Positions 35,371-45,190 of a stretch of 64,000 nt of DNA are shown here, in pieces (positions within the stretch are counted from its first letter, which is position 1; the number at the start of each line of letters is the position of its first letter). Below the pieces are notes generated by a model. It was not told where the DNA came from and searched no databases. It was given only the letters and a program-made list of their open reading frames with translations. Position numbers and translations under genes: made by a program. The DNA comes from an uncultured bacterium (GTDB lineage Bacteria; Cyanobacteriota; Cyanobacteriia; Cyanobacteriales; JASJDA01): assembly GCA_964458305.1 (NCBI GenBank), contig CAYWIH010000002.1, positions 32,599 to 96,598 on the forward strand, written 5' to 3'.

Positions 35371-37695
35371 TTATTCTCTTCTATTACCGCCAATTAACTC
35401 TTTATCGATAAAAGTTTTAACAGTATAATTTACTTCTAAAATTGTTTCTTCTTTTGCGGGTAAATCGATTTGCCAGCGATAACCGCCTTTAATTATGGCA
35501 TTTCTTTCTTTTTGATTGTATTCTTCCCATTCTGGAGATAAGCGATCGATCTCGACATCGACTTTAACATTGCGATCGGCTACGGGTATTCTTTCTCTAA
35601 CTTCTATTTTTGCCGATCTATTTAAACGGTTGGCCAGATCTATTTTAATTTGATGGTGTAATTGATTTAAGGCTACTAAACTATCGCTCGATCGGGTTTC
35701 ATTATAGTTAGTATTGCGAGCAACTTTTATTGCTTGTTCTACTCCCAATCCTAATTCCATTTCTCCACCAGTTGGGACAGTTTTAATGTTAGTTCCGAGG
35801 ATATATTCTCCATCGACATAAATATCCGCCGATCCTGCCAATAATGGGGCTTGTAGTGGGTTGCGAAGCTGGGCGATTCTAAATACATTTGTACTTTCGC
35901 GCGGAACTACTACATAACGTAAATTAACATCTGTATTTTGAGATGCGATCGCCACTGAATGAAATTGTCCGTCGCTGAGTAAATCTATTCTTCCTGCTGC
36001 TAAATAAGCATAATCGAAAGATCCTGCTTCTTCGCGAACGTCGATCGATCCGATAGGAAGAGATGGTATGTTATTTGTGGCTTCAAAAGTGGCTTTTTTT
36101 ACTCGATCGATAATATTGAAAGATACGATCGCTTTTTGCCGTTTGAGGTATGTTAAGTATATTTCTTGGCGCGATTCGATGTATAATTTACCTCGTTTGG
36201 ATCTATTATCTGCCGAACTCAATCGCATTAAATTATATGCCAGGCGATCGATCTGAGTTGACATTTTTATTCTCGACTGCGATCTTTTTCGCAATGATGA
36301 AGATCTAGTAGTAATTCCTCTTGCTTTTTCTTCTGGTTCTTCTAAAGTATATCCAGCATTAGCACCAGCTTGTTCTAGCCGAGCTATTACCTCTTCAGCT
36401 TTTTCTTTAGTTAAACCTTGTATGGCTGCTGGTATTGATTCGACGAACTCTTTAGATTCTTTCAGCCCCAAACCAGTAATCGATCTTATTTCTTTGAGGA
36501 TCGCAACTTTGTTCCGTTGTGGAACATTTGTCAGATAAACATCAAATTCTGTTTGTTCTTCTTCTGGTTCGGCAGCAGCACCCATCATCCCCGGCATCAT
36601 CATACCACCAAAAGCACTAGGAGGAGCATCAAGTTCTTCAAGATCGTAGGGAATATCCAAATCTAAAAGAGGTGCTACATTGACAGGAGATATATAAGGC
36701 AGATCGTATCGATCTGAAACGAGATCTTGCTTAGCTATATTTTTATGTCGATCGTAATCTTCAAAAAGAACTTCAGATCCTCTAGGAGGTTGTCGCCATC
36801 CAGTTTTTACTGGTAAACTAGGCTGAGCCTTGCCAATACGTAAAGAAGGTAATTCTGGTAATTCGCACCAACTTTCTGGCAAAGCGGTGGATAATTCTAA
36901 ACGCACCCCCAACCAATCTTCGCCACTATAATGAGCGATCGAGGCACGCATTGCAATAGTCGCTGTATTATTTTTACTATCCAAACGACAAACATAAGTA
37001 GGAGTCCAACGCGCTCCAGGCACGAAGTATTCTATTATTAATCTAGCTCGAGTAAAATTAGCTATCTCCCCGCTATAATTTAAACTTACTATTACTGTTT
37101 TGCGTAATTCGTTCGGTTTGGCTGCTTTTGCTGTCGAGGCTAATTTTTGTTTTTGTTCTAGATCTTGAAGATGTTCGATCGCCTGACGTAATTTTGCTTT
37201 ATTTTCGCGTCGCTCTTTTAATTTAATCTTAATTTCTTCTTCTTTAAAATTAGCTATTGCTAATCTTGCAGCGATCGGCGATGGTGGTGGGGCTTTTTTC
37301 GGATCTGGGTGGGGGCGATCGGGTATCTTTAAATCTGCGATCGCTTCTATTTCTGCATCTATTAAAGCGATGATGTTCTGTAATTTCTGTTCTGCTGCTT
37401 TGGCTTGTCTTATTGCTTCTTCTGGGGGAATAGAGTCGATTTTTTGCGGTGGTGGTACTGCCAAACCGATGCGAATATCCGTGGCGATCGCACTATTTTC
37501 TGACGATTCTGTTTCTACTCTAGCCCTAACGGAACTATCTTCTAAAGCTAAAGGCAGCCCAGCAATTTCTACTCTACTGGGTATCTCCCCATCGACTAAT
37601 TCTAAGTTAGCGATGCGGGTTATTGTCGCACCACTTGCATACACTTTTGCCTTATCGATGTTGGAATTTAATCGAGCTAAACTCATAAAATACAT
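35371..37695 (-). CDS. DUF4140/DUF4139 (MuiA-like) family protein with an inserted ribosomal bL12 (L7/L12) hinge + C-terminal domain
   Basis: 774 aa (start ATG 37695 or 37686). The N-terminus [17 protein letters not shown], a coiled coil, and C-terminal [17 protein letters not shown]...VRERIPVAD are collinear with the 526-aa paralog. Residues about 355-451 are bL12-like. Confidence 0.7.
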   Translation of the reverse strand: MYFMSLARLNSNIDKAKVYASGATITRIANLELVDGEIPSRVEIAGLPLALEDSSVRARVETESSENSAIATDIRIGLAVPPPQKIDSIPPEEAIRQAKAAEQKLQNIIALIDAEIEAIADLKIPDRPHPDPKKAPPPSPIAARLAIANFKEEEIKIKLKERRENKAKLRQAIEHLQDLEQKQKLASTAKAAKPNELRKTVIVSLNYSGEIANFTRARLIIEYFVPGARWTPTYVCRLDSKNNTATIAMRASIAHYSGEDWLGVRLELSTALPESWCELPELPSLRIGKAQPSLPVKTGWRQPPRGSEVLFEDYDRHKNIAKQDLVSDRYDLPYISPVNVAPLLDLDIPYDLEELDAPPSAFGGMMMPGMMGAAAEPEEEQTEFDVYLTNVPQRNKVAILKEIRSITGLGLKESKEFVESIPAAIQGLTKEKAEEVIARLEQAGANAGYTLEEPEEKARGITTRSSSLRKRSQSRIKMSTQIDRLAYNLMRLSSADNRSKRGKLYIESRQEIYLTYLKRQKAIVSFNIIDRVKKATFEATNNIPSLPIGSIDVREEAGSFDYAYLAAGRIDLLSDGQFHSVAIASQNTDVNLRYVVVPRESTNVFRIAQLRNPLQAPLLAGSADIYVDGEYILGTNIKTVPTGGEMELGLGVEQAIKVARNTNYNETRSSDSLVALNQLHHQIKIDLANRLNRSAKIEVRERIPVADRNVKVDVEIDRLSPEWEEYNQKERNAIIKGGYRWQIDLPAKEETILEVNYTVKTFIDKELIGGNRRE
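36343..36561 (-). other. bL12 (L7/L12) C-terminal-domain-like segment inside the 774-aa ORF
   Basis: [74 protein letters not shown] compared with E. coli bL12 [71 protein letters not shown]. It is preceded by a Gly/Ala/Met/Pro hinge. Confidence 0.8.
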
Positions 37696-37889
37696 CCAGT
37701 CTCAAATTCATATTACAGCACAAGAGCAATAGGGAAATATTAATAAATCCTTCCCTCGGCATTGCGGTTGAATCCACAATCGAATAAAGATAATTATTTG
37801 TAGGAGAGTTTTTGGGATGAATAGCTGAAGGCGATCGGCTCAGATTAAAGAATAATAAAAATAGTTAAGCAAAAGAATCTAGAAAAAAA

Positions 37890-38177
37890 ATGTTTTTTAA
37901 AGCCGACAGCCCAGAACTAACTTATTGCTCCATTATTAACGATAGATTTCCAAATCCTTTGAGAGGAATTATGTATTTTGGTTGTTTGTATGTAGAAGTT
38001 AAATCTTATTCTCTTGAAGACTTAGCTGATAATACTACAACAGCAAACGATTTTTTAGCTTCACTCGAACCTAATTTATCGATTGTTACCGAAAATGAGG
38101 AAAAACTTATTATTTGGAGACAAAATGAGGTGTTAAGTAGAACGAGTCGTTTTAAAAAAGAAAAAGTTGCTGCTTAA
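37890..38177 (+). CDS. Hypothetical protein (95 aa)
   Basis: Open frame only. No recognisable motif and no clear RBS. Confidence 0.3.
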   Translation: MFFKADSPELTYCSIINDRFPNPLRGIMYFGCLYVEVKSYSLEDLADNTTTANDFLASLEPNLSIVTENEEKLIIWRQNEVLSRTSRFKKEKVAA

Positions 38178-38429
38178 ATTAGATCGAATTTAAAAAATCA
38201 ATTATCAGAAGTCAAATTAATATCAACGTAAAAATCACTGAAGATCGAGGGAAGCAAACAGATTAGAAACACGATCTCAAAGCATGTAATTTAAATTTGT
38301 CAAGAGATTTAGAAGGACGAAGAAAAAAAATTGCCAAAACCTTTGGCAAAACTGAGAAAAACTCTGTAATAGTAAAATTTAGAACCGCAATTGATTTCTC
38401 AGAAAGTCTAAAACAACTAGAATATTAAG

Positions 38430-38816
38430 TTAGTTGAGATTATGTTTTAGATCGAGGTGTTTAAAAACGGTACCGATTAAATCTTGAGGAGCATATGGTT
38501 TTGTGATGTAGTCCGTACCTCCTTGTCGTAAAGCCCAAAAGCGATCGAATTCTTCAGCTCTAGAACTGCAAAACAAGATAGGTATTTCTTGCCATTCTTG
38601 GGAACGGGAACGAATTTGACGACAAAACTCCAAACCATTAATACCAGGTAAAATAATATCTAAGAGAATCATATCGGGGAAGGAATTAACTTTTAACCAG
38701 TTCCAAGCGTTTTCTACACTATTTACTTCTCCGACTTTAAATCCAGCTTGTCTTAATAATGCTGACATTAGCCTTCTTTCTGATTTAGTGTCTTCCACTA
38801 CAAGTACAGTCTTCAT
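38430..38816 (-). CDS. Single-domain CheY-like response regulator
   Basis: MKTVLVVEDTKSE...PDMILLDIILPGINGLEF...PILFCSS...ITKPY. All receiver signature residues are present. Confidence 0.9.
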   Translation of the reverse strand: MKTVLVVEDTKSERRLMSALLRQAGFKVGEVNSVENAWNWLKVNSFPDMILLDIILPGINGLEFCRQIRSRSQEWQEIPILFCSSRAEEFDRFWALRQGGTDYITKPYAPQDLIGTVFKHLDLKHNLN

Positions 38817-39832
38817 TCTTATGATTTTAACTTTGTTATTTTTACTAGGATCTATAACAGATCTAATAACAATAAAAAGTGATTAAATGGTGACTTATAT
38901 TATCTCTCCTCAAATTTAAACAATCTTGAAAAATGATTAAAAAATAAATCCAAAGGTTGCCAATGTAATTAATTATCGTCGGCTTTTGCCTCCTAGGCAA
39001 AAGTTTTGCTTCTTTCGGTAGTTACTAATACCTTAGTTTAAGACCGCCCCTTCTCTAAGGGAAACCGATCTTTAAAGGATACAGTCCGCTTTCAGGAATT
39101 GGTATAAGAAGAGATGCAAAGCAAGTCTAATCGCTTTGTTCAACTTGCTTTTGTTTAATATTTAAAAAGTTGTAAGTCCCCAATGAGTTAAACAAAGTTT
39201 GAGGGGAAAAGTGGTTACAAAAATAAGAGGCTGAATGAAGATAATTTCGATTGTTGTAAGCTTGATAAGAGTAGAAAAAATCGTGAAGCTGGTGGACATT
39301 GAAAATATTTTAAGGCTGTTTCAAATGCATTCTATCATAGAATCAATCGACTGCAGCCTTTAATTTGACGAAAATTAGATAATATAAATTTTATTTGCAA
39401 TTAATTGTCCGAGCTGGGTTGTTCAAAAAAATCCAGGTTATTTTTGTTAAATTTTATTTTAATTGACTAATAGTTTAAGCAAAGATGATAACATTGTTAT
39501 TTGTAAAACTATTAAATTAATCTGGTCATCGATCGCTACATTATAAGTCAAAACTAATTAGTAAGATTTGAGGTGATTTCTAGATTTTAAAAATGTTAAT
39601 TTGCTTGTTAAGGAGAATTAAAAGGATCGAAGTTCGTTAGTTGTAATAATACATCAAATATTTCGAGCTTCAATTTTCGATCTCAGAGCGAACTGGATAA
39701 TTAGATCGCGTTTCATTATTAGATTGCAATAAAACAAGCAGAGCGATCGATAAATTAGCGGAAGTTTTTTAGGAAAGCGAACAATTAAAATGTAATCAAA
39801 AGAAATAAAAATATAAAGAAAGAGTAAGAATA

Positions 39833-40114
39833 ATGAATCAAAATTTACTAGAGACCTTAAAAAAAATCTGTCCCGAACAAATAGGAGAATTGATTAATTC
39901 TTGTCGTATATCGATAGAATCTTATCAACTAGAGGAAAATAATTCACAAGAATCGACTTTGTTTGCGATGATTTATAGCCCTTATTGTCTCTTAAATGAA
40001 TTATTGGTTTACGAAACGGAACTAGATTTGGTCGCTGAGGAAATGGGTTTAAATTCGATCTTAATTATTCCAGAGGGGCCAAATAATTTAGATTATTTTT
40101 TTAAAACTGCGTGA
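39833..40114 (+). CDS. Hypothetical protein (93 aa)
   Basis: Open frame with a purine-rich stretch upstream. No recognisable family. Confidence 0.35.
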   Translation: MNQNLLETLKKICPEQIGELINSCRISIESYQLEENNSQESTLFAMIYSPYCLLNELLVYETELDLVAEEMGLNSILIIPEGPNNLDYFFKTA

Positions 40115-40288
40115 TGGGAGAGTTTGCTGGTAGTTGCGATCGATATGTTATGATAAACTCAGGTAAAGATAAAGATTAACGATTAAGCATTGATTCAGTA
40201 TTAAAGGTTTGTCCGTCAAGTATTGAGCGATTTTTTTCAAATAATCTTCTCTCTTTAAGCACAACAATCATGGAGAAGAAAAAAACAT

Positions 40289-40576
40289 ATGTCAATTTAT
40301 GTAGGTAATCTATCTTACGAAGTCGAGAAAGAAGACTTAGATGCAGTATTTACCGAATACGGAGCTGTTAAAAGAGTTTATATTCCCACCGATCGCGAAA
40401 CAGGTAGAGTCAGAGGATTTGCGTTTGTAGAAATGGAATCTGAGACTGATGAAGATAAAGCAATTGAAATTTTAGATGGTGCTAGCTGGATGGGACGCGA
40501 CATGAAAGTTAATAAAGCTAGACCTCGCCAAGATAATAATTCATTCAGTGGTAGTCGTCGTAACAACCGCTTCTAA
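40289..40576 (+). CDS. RRM-type RNA-binding protein (cyanobacterial Rbp family)
   Basis: RNP2 IYVGNL and RNP1 RGFAFVEM. 95 aa with a short basic tail. GGAGAAG RBS. Confidence 0.9.
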   Translation: MSIYVGNLSYEVEKEDLDAVFTEYGAVKRVYIPTDRETGRVRGFAFVEMESETDEDKAIEILDGASWMGRDMKVNKARPRQDNNSFSGSRRNNRF

Positions 40577-40594
40577 ACTTCTAAATTGAATTTT

Positions 40595-40656
40595 AAAAAA
40601 AGCTTCTGAGTTGAAAGTAGATTAATTGTAAATCGCTTCGATCGGAAGCTTTTTTC
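40595..40656 (+). terminator. Terminator-like hairpin downstream of the RRM gene
   Basis: AAAAAAAGCTTC (40595-40606) can pair with GAAGCTTTTTT (40645-40655). There is also an inner GCTTC-GATCG-GAAGC hairpin (40635-40649) followed by T6. Confidence 0.55.
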
Positions 40657-40899
40657 GATCGACGAGCAATAAATTAATACTTAAATCGTGGGAACATATT
40701 CGAGCGGGCGATAGTCTAGTCAATTGTATTCTTCTTTTGCTATCTTTTTTCAGGCGTTAATAGCTTAAGTTATTTAGATTTTAAAACAATTATCAATTAG
40801 TCAGGCAATTTTCGGAACTTTTTCTCTTGCTAATTATTCTATTAATACGAGAGTTAGCTTTAAATAAAAGTCAAAGTAATTGGAGATAGTTTTTCGATA

Positions 40900-41901
40900 A
40901 TGGCTGTAATAAACGGGACAATTTCTGATGATATTTTATCGGGAACATTTGGAAATGATGTTCTTCAAGGTTTTGAAGGTAATGATGTTTTAAATGGAGG
41001 ATCGGGGGACGATCTTTTGAGAGGAGGAGGGGGAAACGATACTCTTAATGGAGGATTCGGCATCGATACTATAGATGGTGGATCGGGATTCGATCTGGTT
41101 GATTATAATTATTTAAATGGAGTAGTTAATCTCGATCTCAATACTGGTATCGCCAGGTTTCCGGGCAATACAACTTTAACCGAAACATTAATCAGTATTG
41201 AAGATGTCATTGGTAGTAATGGTAACGATACTTTAATTGGCAACAATGTCGGCAATCAACTTTTTGGCAGTAACGGTAACGATCTTTTGAGAGGAGGAGG
41301 AGGAAACGATACTCTTAATGGAGGATTCGGTATCGATACTCTAGATGGTGGATCGGGGATAGATCTGGTTGATTATAATTATTTAAATGGAGTAGTTAAT
41401 CTCGATCTCAATACTGGTATCGCCAGGTTTCCGGGCAATACAACTTTAACCGAAACATTAATCAGTATTGAAGATGTCATTGGTAGTAATGGTAACGATA
41501 CTTTAATTGGCAACAATGTCGATAATTATTTTGTTGGCAGTAAAGGAAACGATTTTTTATTCGGACAAGGTGGTAACGATATTTTAGTAGGAGGAGGAGT
41601 TGCAAATAATAGTTCTGAATTTGATATCTTAGAAGGAGGATTCGGAGCGGATACTTTTGTATTGGGCGATTCTATTGATACTTTTTATAAAGGAGATGGT
41701 TTCGCTACTATTACTGACTTTTTTGCGATCGAAGGTGATGTAATTGAAGTTAGCGCACGATACAACTACGAACTAAAATCAGCCTTTGGTGGAGTGGATC
41801 TTGTTTATCAGGGAGATGCGATCGCTTTTATTGATGGGGTAAGTTTAAACGATATTAATCTTGCACCAGTTTCTTCAGGTGGCAATTTTATTTACGTTTA
41901 A
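40900..41901 (+). CDS. RTX-type (hemolysin-type) calcium-binding repeat protein
   Basis: Repeated GGxGxD nonapeptides ([33 protein letters not shown]...). No N-terminal signal peptide, consistent with a T1SS-type substrate. Confidence 0.85.
   Translation: MAVINGTISDDILSGTFGNDVLQGFEGNDVLNGGSGDDLLRGGGGNDTLNGGFGIDTIDGGSGFDLVDYNYLNGVVNLDLNTGIARFPGNTTLTETLISIEDVIGSNGNDTLIGNNVGNQLFGSNGNDLLRGGGGNDTLNGGFGIDTLDGGSGIDLVDYNYLNGVVNLDLNTGIARFPGNTTLTETLISIEDVIGSNGNDTLIGNNVDNYFVGSKGNDFLFGQGGNDILVGGGVANNSSEFDILEGGFGADTFVLGDSIDTFYKGDGFATITDFFAIEGDVIEVSARYNYELKSAFGGVDLVYQGDAIAFIDGVSLNDINLAPVSSGGNFIYV
41011..41521 (+). repeat. Near-identical 241-bp segments repeated with a 270-bp period inside the RTX gene
   Basis: 41011-41251 and 41281-41521 differ at only a handful of positions (for example GGCATCGATACTATAGAT vs GGTATCGATACTCTAGAT). 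They encode duplicated 80-aa blocks. Confidence 0.9.
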
Positions 41902-41909
41902 ATTAGTAC

Positions 41910-41955
41910 GGCGATCGAATAAAGGAGAAAAATAAGGTTTTTTGATTCGATCGCC
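41910..41955. terminator. Hairpin between convergent genes (possible bidirectional terminator)
   Basis: 11-bp inverted repeat GGCGATCGAAT (41910-41920) / ATTCGATCGCC (41945-41955). The loop contains GGTTTTTT. Confidence 0.4.
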
Positions 41956-42594
41956 TTAAGTACCTGGTAAATTACGTAAATGTTCCGGTAAATGGTAGCG
42001 ATCGCACAATACTTGTAAAAGAGGCCCGTGTAAGTCTAATTTGACGATGCTAATAGATGCTACTGGCATATCGATGCGATCGCGATAGCGTCCGATATCC
42101 ATGCCTAACAAGCTAGAAAGAACGATCCTAATCGTTGATTTGTGCGCGACTACTAAAACATTGCCGCTAGAATAGTTTTGCTGTATTTCTGCGAGTACTA
42201 AAGATGCTCTACTGGCTACTTCTGTAGCGGTTTCCCCTCTAGTAGGTGCGTTCCAAGCTGGTTCGGTCATCCAGTTAAAATAATCTTCTAGATATTCTTG
42301 TTTGACTTCTTCTTTTGATTTTCCTTCCCACTCTCCAAAATTCATTTCTTTTAAGCCGTCTCGAATTTGCATTGCCATGCCGATCGTTTCGCACAGTGGT
42401 TTGGCAGTGGCAATAGTTCGCTTCATCGGACTGACAAAAATGGCTTTCCAGGCGATCGATTTATAAACTTTAGCAAATGCTTCGGCCATTTCTTTACCGC
42501 TTGGGGTAAGGTCTGGATTTAATTCGCCGCAAAATCCATCGCTTTTGCTAGAGTCTGTTTCTCCATGTCTTAGGAAGTAAATTGTTAAACTCAT
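41956..42594 (-). CDS. Histidine phosphatase superfamily protein (phosphoglycerate mutase-like / CobC-like)
   Basis: Catalytic RHG motif IYFLRHGETDSS and downstream VVAHKSTIR (His). 212 aa. Confidence 0.8.
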   Translation of the reverse strand: MSLTIYFLRHGETDSSKSDGFCGELNPDLTPSGKEMAEAFAKVYKSIAWKAIFVSPMKRTIATAKPLCETIGMAMQIRDGLKEMNFGEWEGKSKEEVKQEYLEDYFNWMTEPAWNAPTRGETATEVASRASLVLAEIQQNYSSGNVLVVAHKSTIRIVLSSLLGMDIGRYRDRIDMPVASISIVKLDLHGPLLQVLCDRYHLPEHLRNLPGT

Positions 42595-43098
42595 ACAATA
42601 TAAATCCGAGCTAATTTGCGATCGATTTTTTTAATTCAAGCCACCAAAAAATTATAAACCCAAAAATACTTTTCAATTCTGTTTATTCTTTTTTTATATA
42701 AGCTTAACTTTCAATTATTACCTTTTTAGTTGGCAAATTTTTATCTATACTTCGATTTCATAAATCTTAACAGTCGAAAAAATTAGATTTTGAAGATTTT
42801 TATTAACGAAAGTCTTGGCTTCTGCGGCTTGATGTGGTAATCTCTTATTATGCTTTTTAAAAGAGCGTATGATATTTTGGAAAATTATAACTATTTTTAG
42901 AAATAGAGGTTTGTAACCCTTTTATTAGGAAGCGATCGATCTTTTTTAAGCTAATTTTTAGCAGTTCAGTTGAAGCGATGTTTTATTCTACAAAAATATC
43001 TTGACTTGACAAAAATAATAAAGTGTGCGTAAAGGGAAAATAAAAGCGATCGCACCAAAGAATATTTTATCTCGATCGAGATTTTTTTTAGATGGTAA

Positions 43099-43377
43099 CT
43101 ACCAATATCTTAAAAAGGTTTTACCTTCGATAAAAGGCTGGTATAGCAGTTGGTAGGATTCATCTTTATCTCTAGCATAGCGATCGATATGTTCTTTTAC
43201 AGTTTTAATTGAAGTTATATCGTCGCTGTCCCAGATTCCATCTTCATAAAATTGTTCTTTCATTCCTCCACGTTGATAAGATATCTGAGGATGGTACAAA
43301 CATATTTCTGTAACTGTAAATGTTGGCGGATCGATTACTTCTAGTTTTCCATTTAATCTTTTTTTTCTAGTTCTCAT
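43099..43377 (-). CDS. Hypothetical protein (92 aa), possibly the 3' part of a frameshifted gene
   Basis: ATGA overlap with the upstream ORF. Its frame stays open for 24 more codons upstream of the ATG (SSFKYDLRVKEYRRYQLWWDYVAT). Confidence 0.4.
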   Translation of the reverse strand: MRTRKKRLNGKLEVIDPPTFTVTEICLYHPQISYQRGGMKEQFYEDGIWDSDDITSIKTVKEHIDRYARDKDESYQLLYQPFIEGKTFLRYW

Positions 43378-43760
43378 CGTAGCAACATAATCCCACCATA
43401 ATTGATAGCGACGATATTCTTTAACGCGAAGATCGTATTTAAAACTACTTTATATGTTCCAGGAACTTGACATCTAAAATCTTCTCTACAACTTCCTGTA
43501 ATCCAATTTTCAGCCCAGTAGCGTTCAAAGCCTTCAAAATAGACATCATCTCTGATATATCCTAAATTTTTTAGTCCTTTAATAGGATCGTAGTATTCAA
43601 TTTCTCTTTCAAAAAAAAGAGCCTCAAAACATTTTAAAACTTCAGCATCCTTTGTTTTTATGCCATTCTCAGTAAGAAAAGTTATATAATCATAGTCTAG
43701 ATCGTTAATTTCGGAAGCGTTAACTTTTTTAGGTTCTAATATTGATATATCTAAGCCCAT
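43374..43760 (-). CDS. Hypothetical protein (128 aa), possibly the 5' part of a frameshifted gene
   Basis: Open frame in an AT-rich island. The last 25 aa (VVLNTIFALKNIVAINYGGIMLLR) look like out-of-frame read-through. Confidence 0.4.
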   Translation of the reverse strand: MGLDISILEPKKVNASEINDLDYDYITFLTENGIKTKDAEVLKCFEALFFEREIEYYDPIKGLKNLGYIRDDVYFEGFERYWAENWITGSCREDFRCQVPGTYKVVLNTIFALKNIVAINYGGIMLLR

Positions 43761-44151
43761 ATTTAATACCTTTTCTGTTTAATGTTGCTAAACTTGGCGA
43801 AAACTCATCCTATTTTCTAAAATAATTTATAAAAATAGTGTCTAGAAGAAAATTAATTTAATTTAATAATATTTAAGATAATTTTTAATTAATGATAAAA
43901 GGATTAAAATTGATGACTTACATACTTTAATTTAGAAAAACCTGCAATCTCTAACCTCTAACTAGACCTAATGACATACGCGGTGTAAATAAAAGGCTAA
44001 TTGGTATCATCAGTCAAAAATTAGGACAATAGATAACAAGTCTTGGGAAATTTTATTTTTTAGAAATGGAATAATTAAAATTGATATTTAAGATAATAAA
44101 TTGAATAAATTTAGAAATATATCCCGAGATTGACCCGGGAAAAAATTAAAA

Positions 44152-45069
44152 CTAAGAAACGATATCTTTAAGAGCAGGTTTTAAATTAGGATATTGATAT
44201 TCAAAACCGATCGATTGAGTCTTTTTCGGTAAAACTTGCTGACCTTCGAGAACTACTTTAGCACCATCGCCTAACAGTAATTCTAAAGCAAAACTCGGCA
44301 CTGGCAGCCAAGAAGGACGATTTAATACTTCTCCCAATACCTGACAGAATTGGTTCATACGTACTGGATTGGGGGCAGTAGCGTTAAAAGTTCCGGCCAG
44401 ATCCGATCTTTTTAATGCTGTAATAATAAGATTTACGAGGTCGTCGCGATGTATCCAAGAAAACCATTGATTGCCGTTACCTAAAGGCCCTCCGGCATAC
44501 ATTTTAAAAGGGGCTAACATTTTACCTAAAGCACCGCCATCCCCTAAAACTATACCAATTCTGAGGATAACTAAACGAACGTCAACTGAAGTTACTTTTT
44601 GTGCTTCTGCTTCCCAATTTTTGCAAACTTCTGCTAAAAAATCATTACCGGGGGGGCTATTTTCCTCAAAAGTTGCGGTTTCGCTAGTTCCGTAATAGCC
44701 GATCGCGGAGGCATTTACCAATACGCTGGGTTTGGGATCTGCTTTTGCTATTGCTGCGACAAGATTTTTAGTAGCCAGTTCCCGACTTGCCTTAATTTCT
44801 TGTTTGTGCTGTTCGCTCCAACGTTCGGCGATCGGTTCTCCTGCTAAGTTTACCACGCCATCGCAGCCAGAAATTTTATTTTGCCATTCTCCGGGTTGTT
44901 TGGGGTTATATTGTGCTATTTCTAAGTTTGGAAAAGCAGAAGGAGGGAATACTTTTTTTGCTCTTTCAAGGTTGCGGGTAAAAATTAATAATTGATGTCC
45001 TTCACGGTTAAGTTTTTGTACTAAACGACTGCCAACAAATCCTGTTGCTCCGGTAATTGCTATTTTCAT
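44152..45069 (-). CDS. SDR-type epimerase family protein (YfcH/DUF1731-like)
   Basis: MKIAITGATGFVGSRLV Rossmann motif. 305 aa. C-terminal region GFEYQYPNL is typical of the TIGR01777-type family. Confidence 0.8.
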   Translation of the reverse strand: MKIAITGATGFVGSRLVQKLNREGHQLLIFTRNLERAKKVFPPSAFPNLEIAQYNPKQPGEWQNKISGCDGVVNLAGEPIAERWSEQHKQEIKASRELATKNLVAAIAKADPKPSVLVNASAIGYYGTSETATFEENSPPGNDFLAEVCKNWEAEAQKVTSVDVRLVILRIGIVLGDGGALGKMLAPFKMYAGGPLGNGNQWFSWIHRDDLVNLIITALKRSDLAGTFNATAPNPVRMNQFCQVLGEVLNRPSWLPVPSFALELLLGDGAKVVLEGQQVLPKKTQSIGFEYQYPNLKPALKDIVS

Positions 45070-45190
45070 TTACTATTTTTGGAGGATATAAACAAATAAA
45101 GACCAAAGAGCGAAAATTATAATAATGTATTTATAGTTTACCTGCGATCGCTGCTTCGGCCTTTAATATTTTTTTAAAAGATTATTCTGG

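Noticed and set aside
36343-36561. Genuine ribosomal protein gene rplL
   Set aside because: The bL12-like segment has no start or stop of its own and lacks the N-terminal dimerisation/L10-binding domain. It is in frame within a 774-aa ORF and has no rplJ or other ribosomal neighbours.
42595-44151. Mobile element or prophage remnant around the orphan two-ORF unit
   Set aside because: I looked for transposase or integrase motifs, terminal inverted repeats and a flanking tRNA, and found none. Only AT-richness supports foreign origin, so no mobile-element feature is reported.
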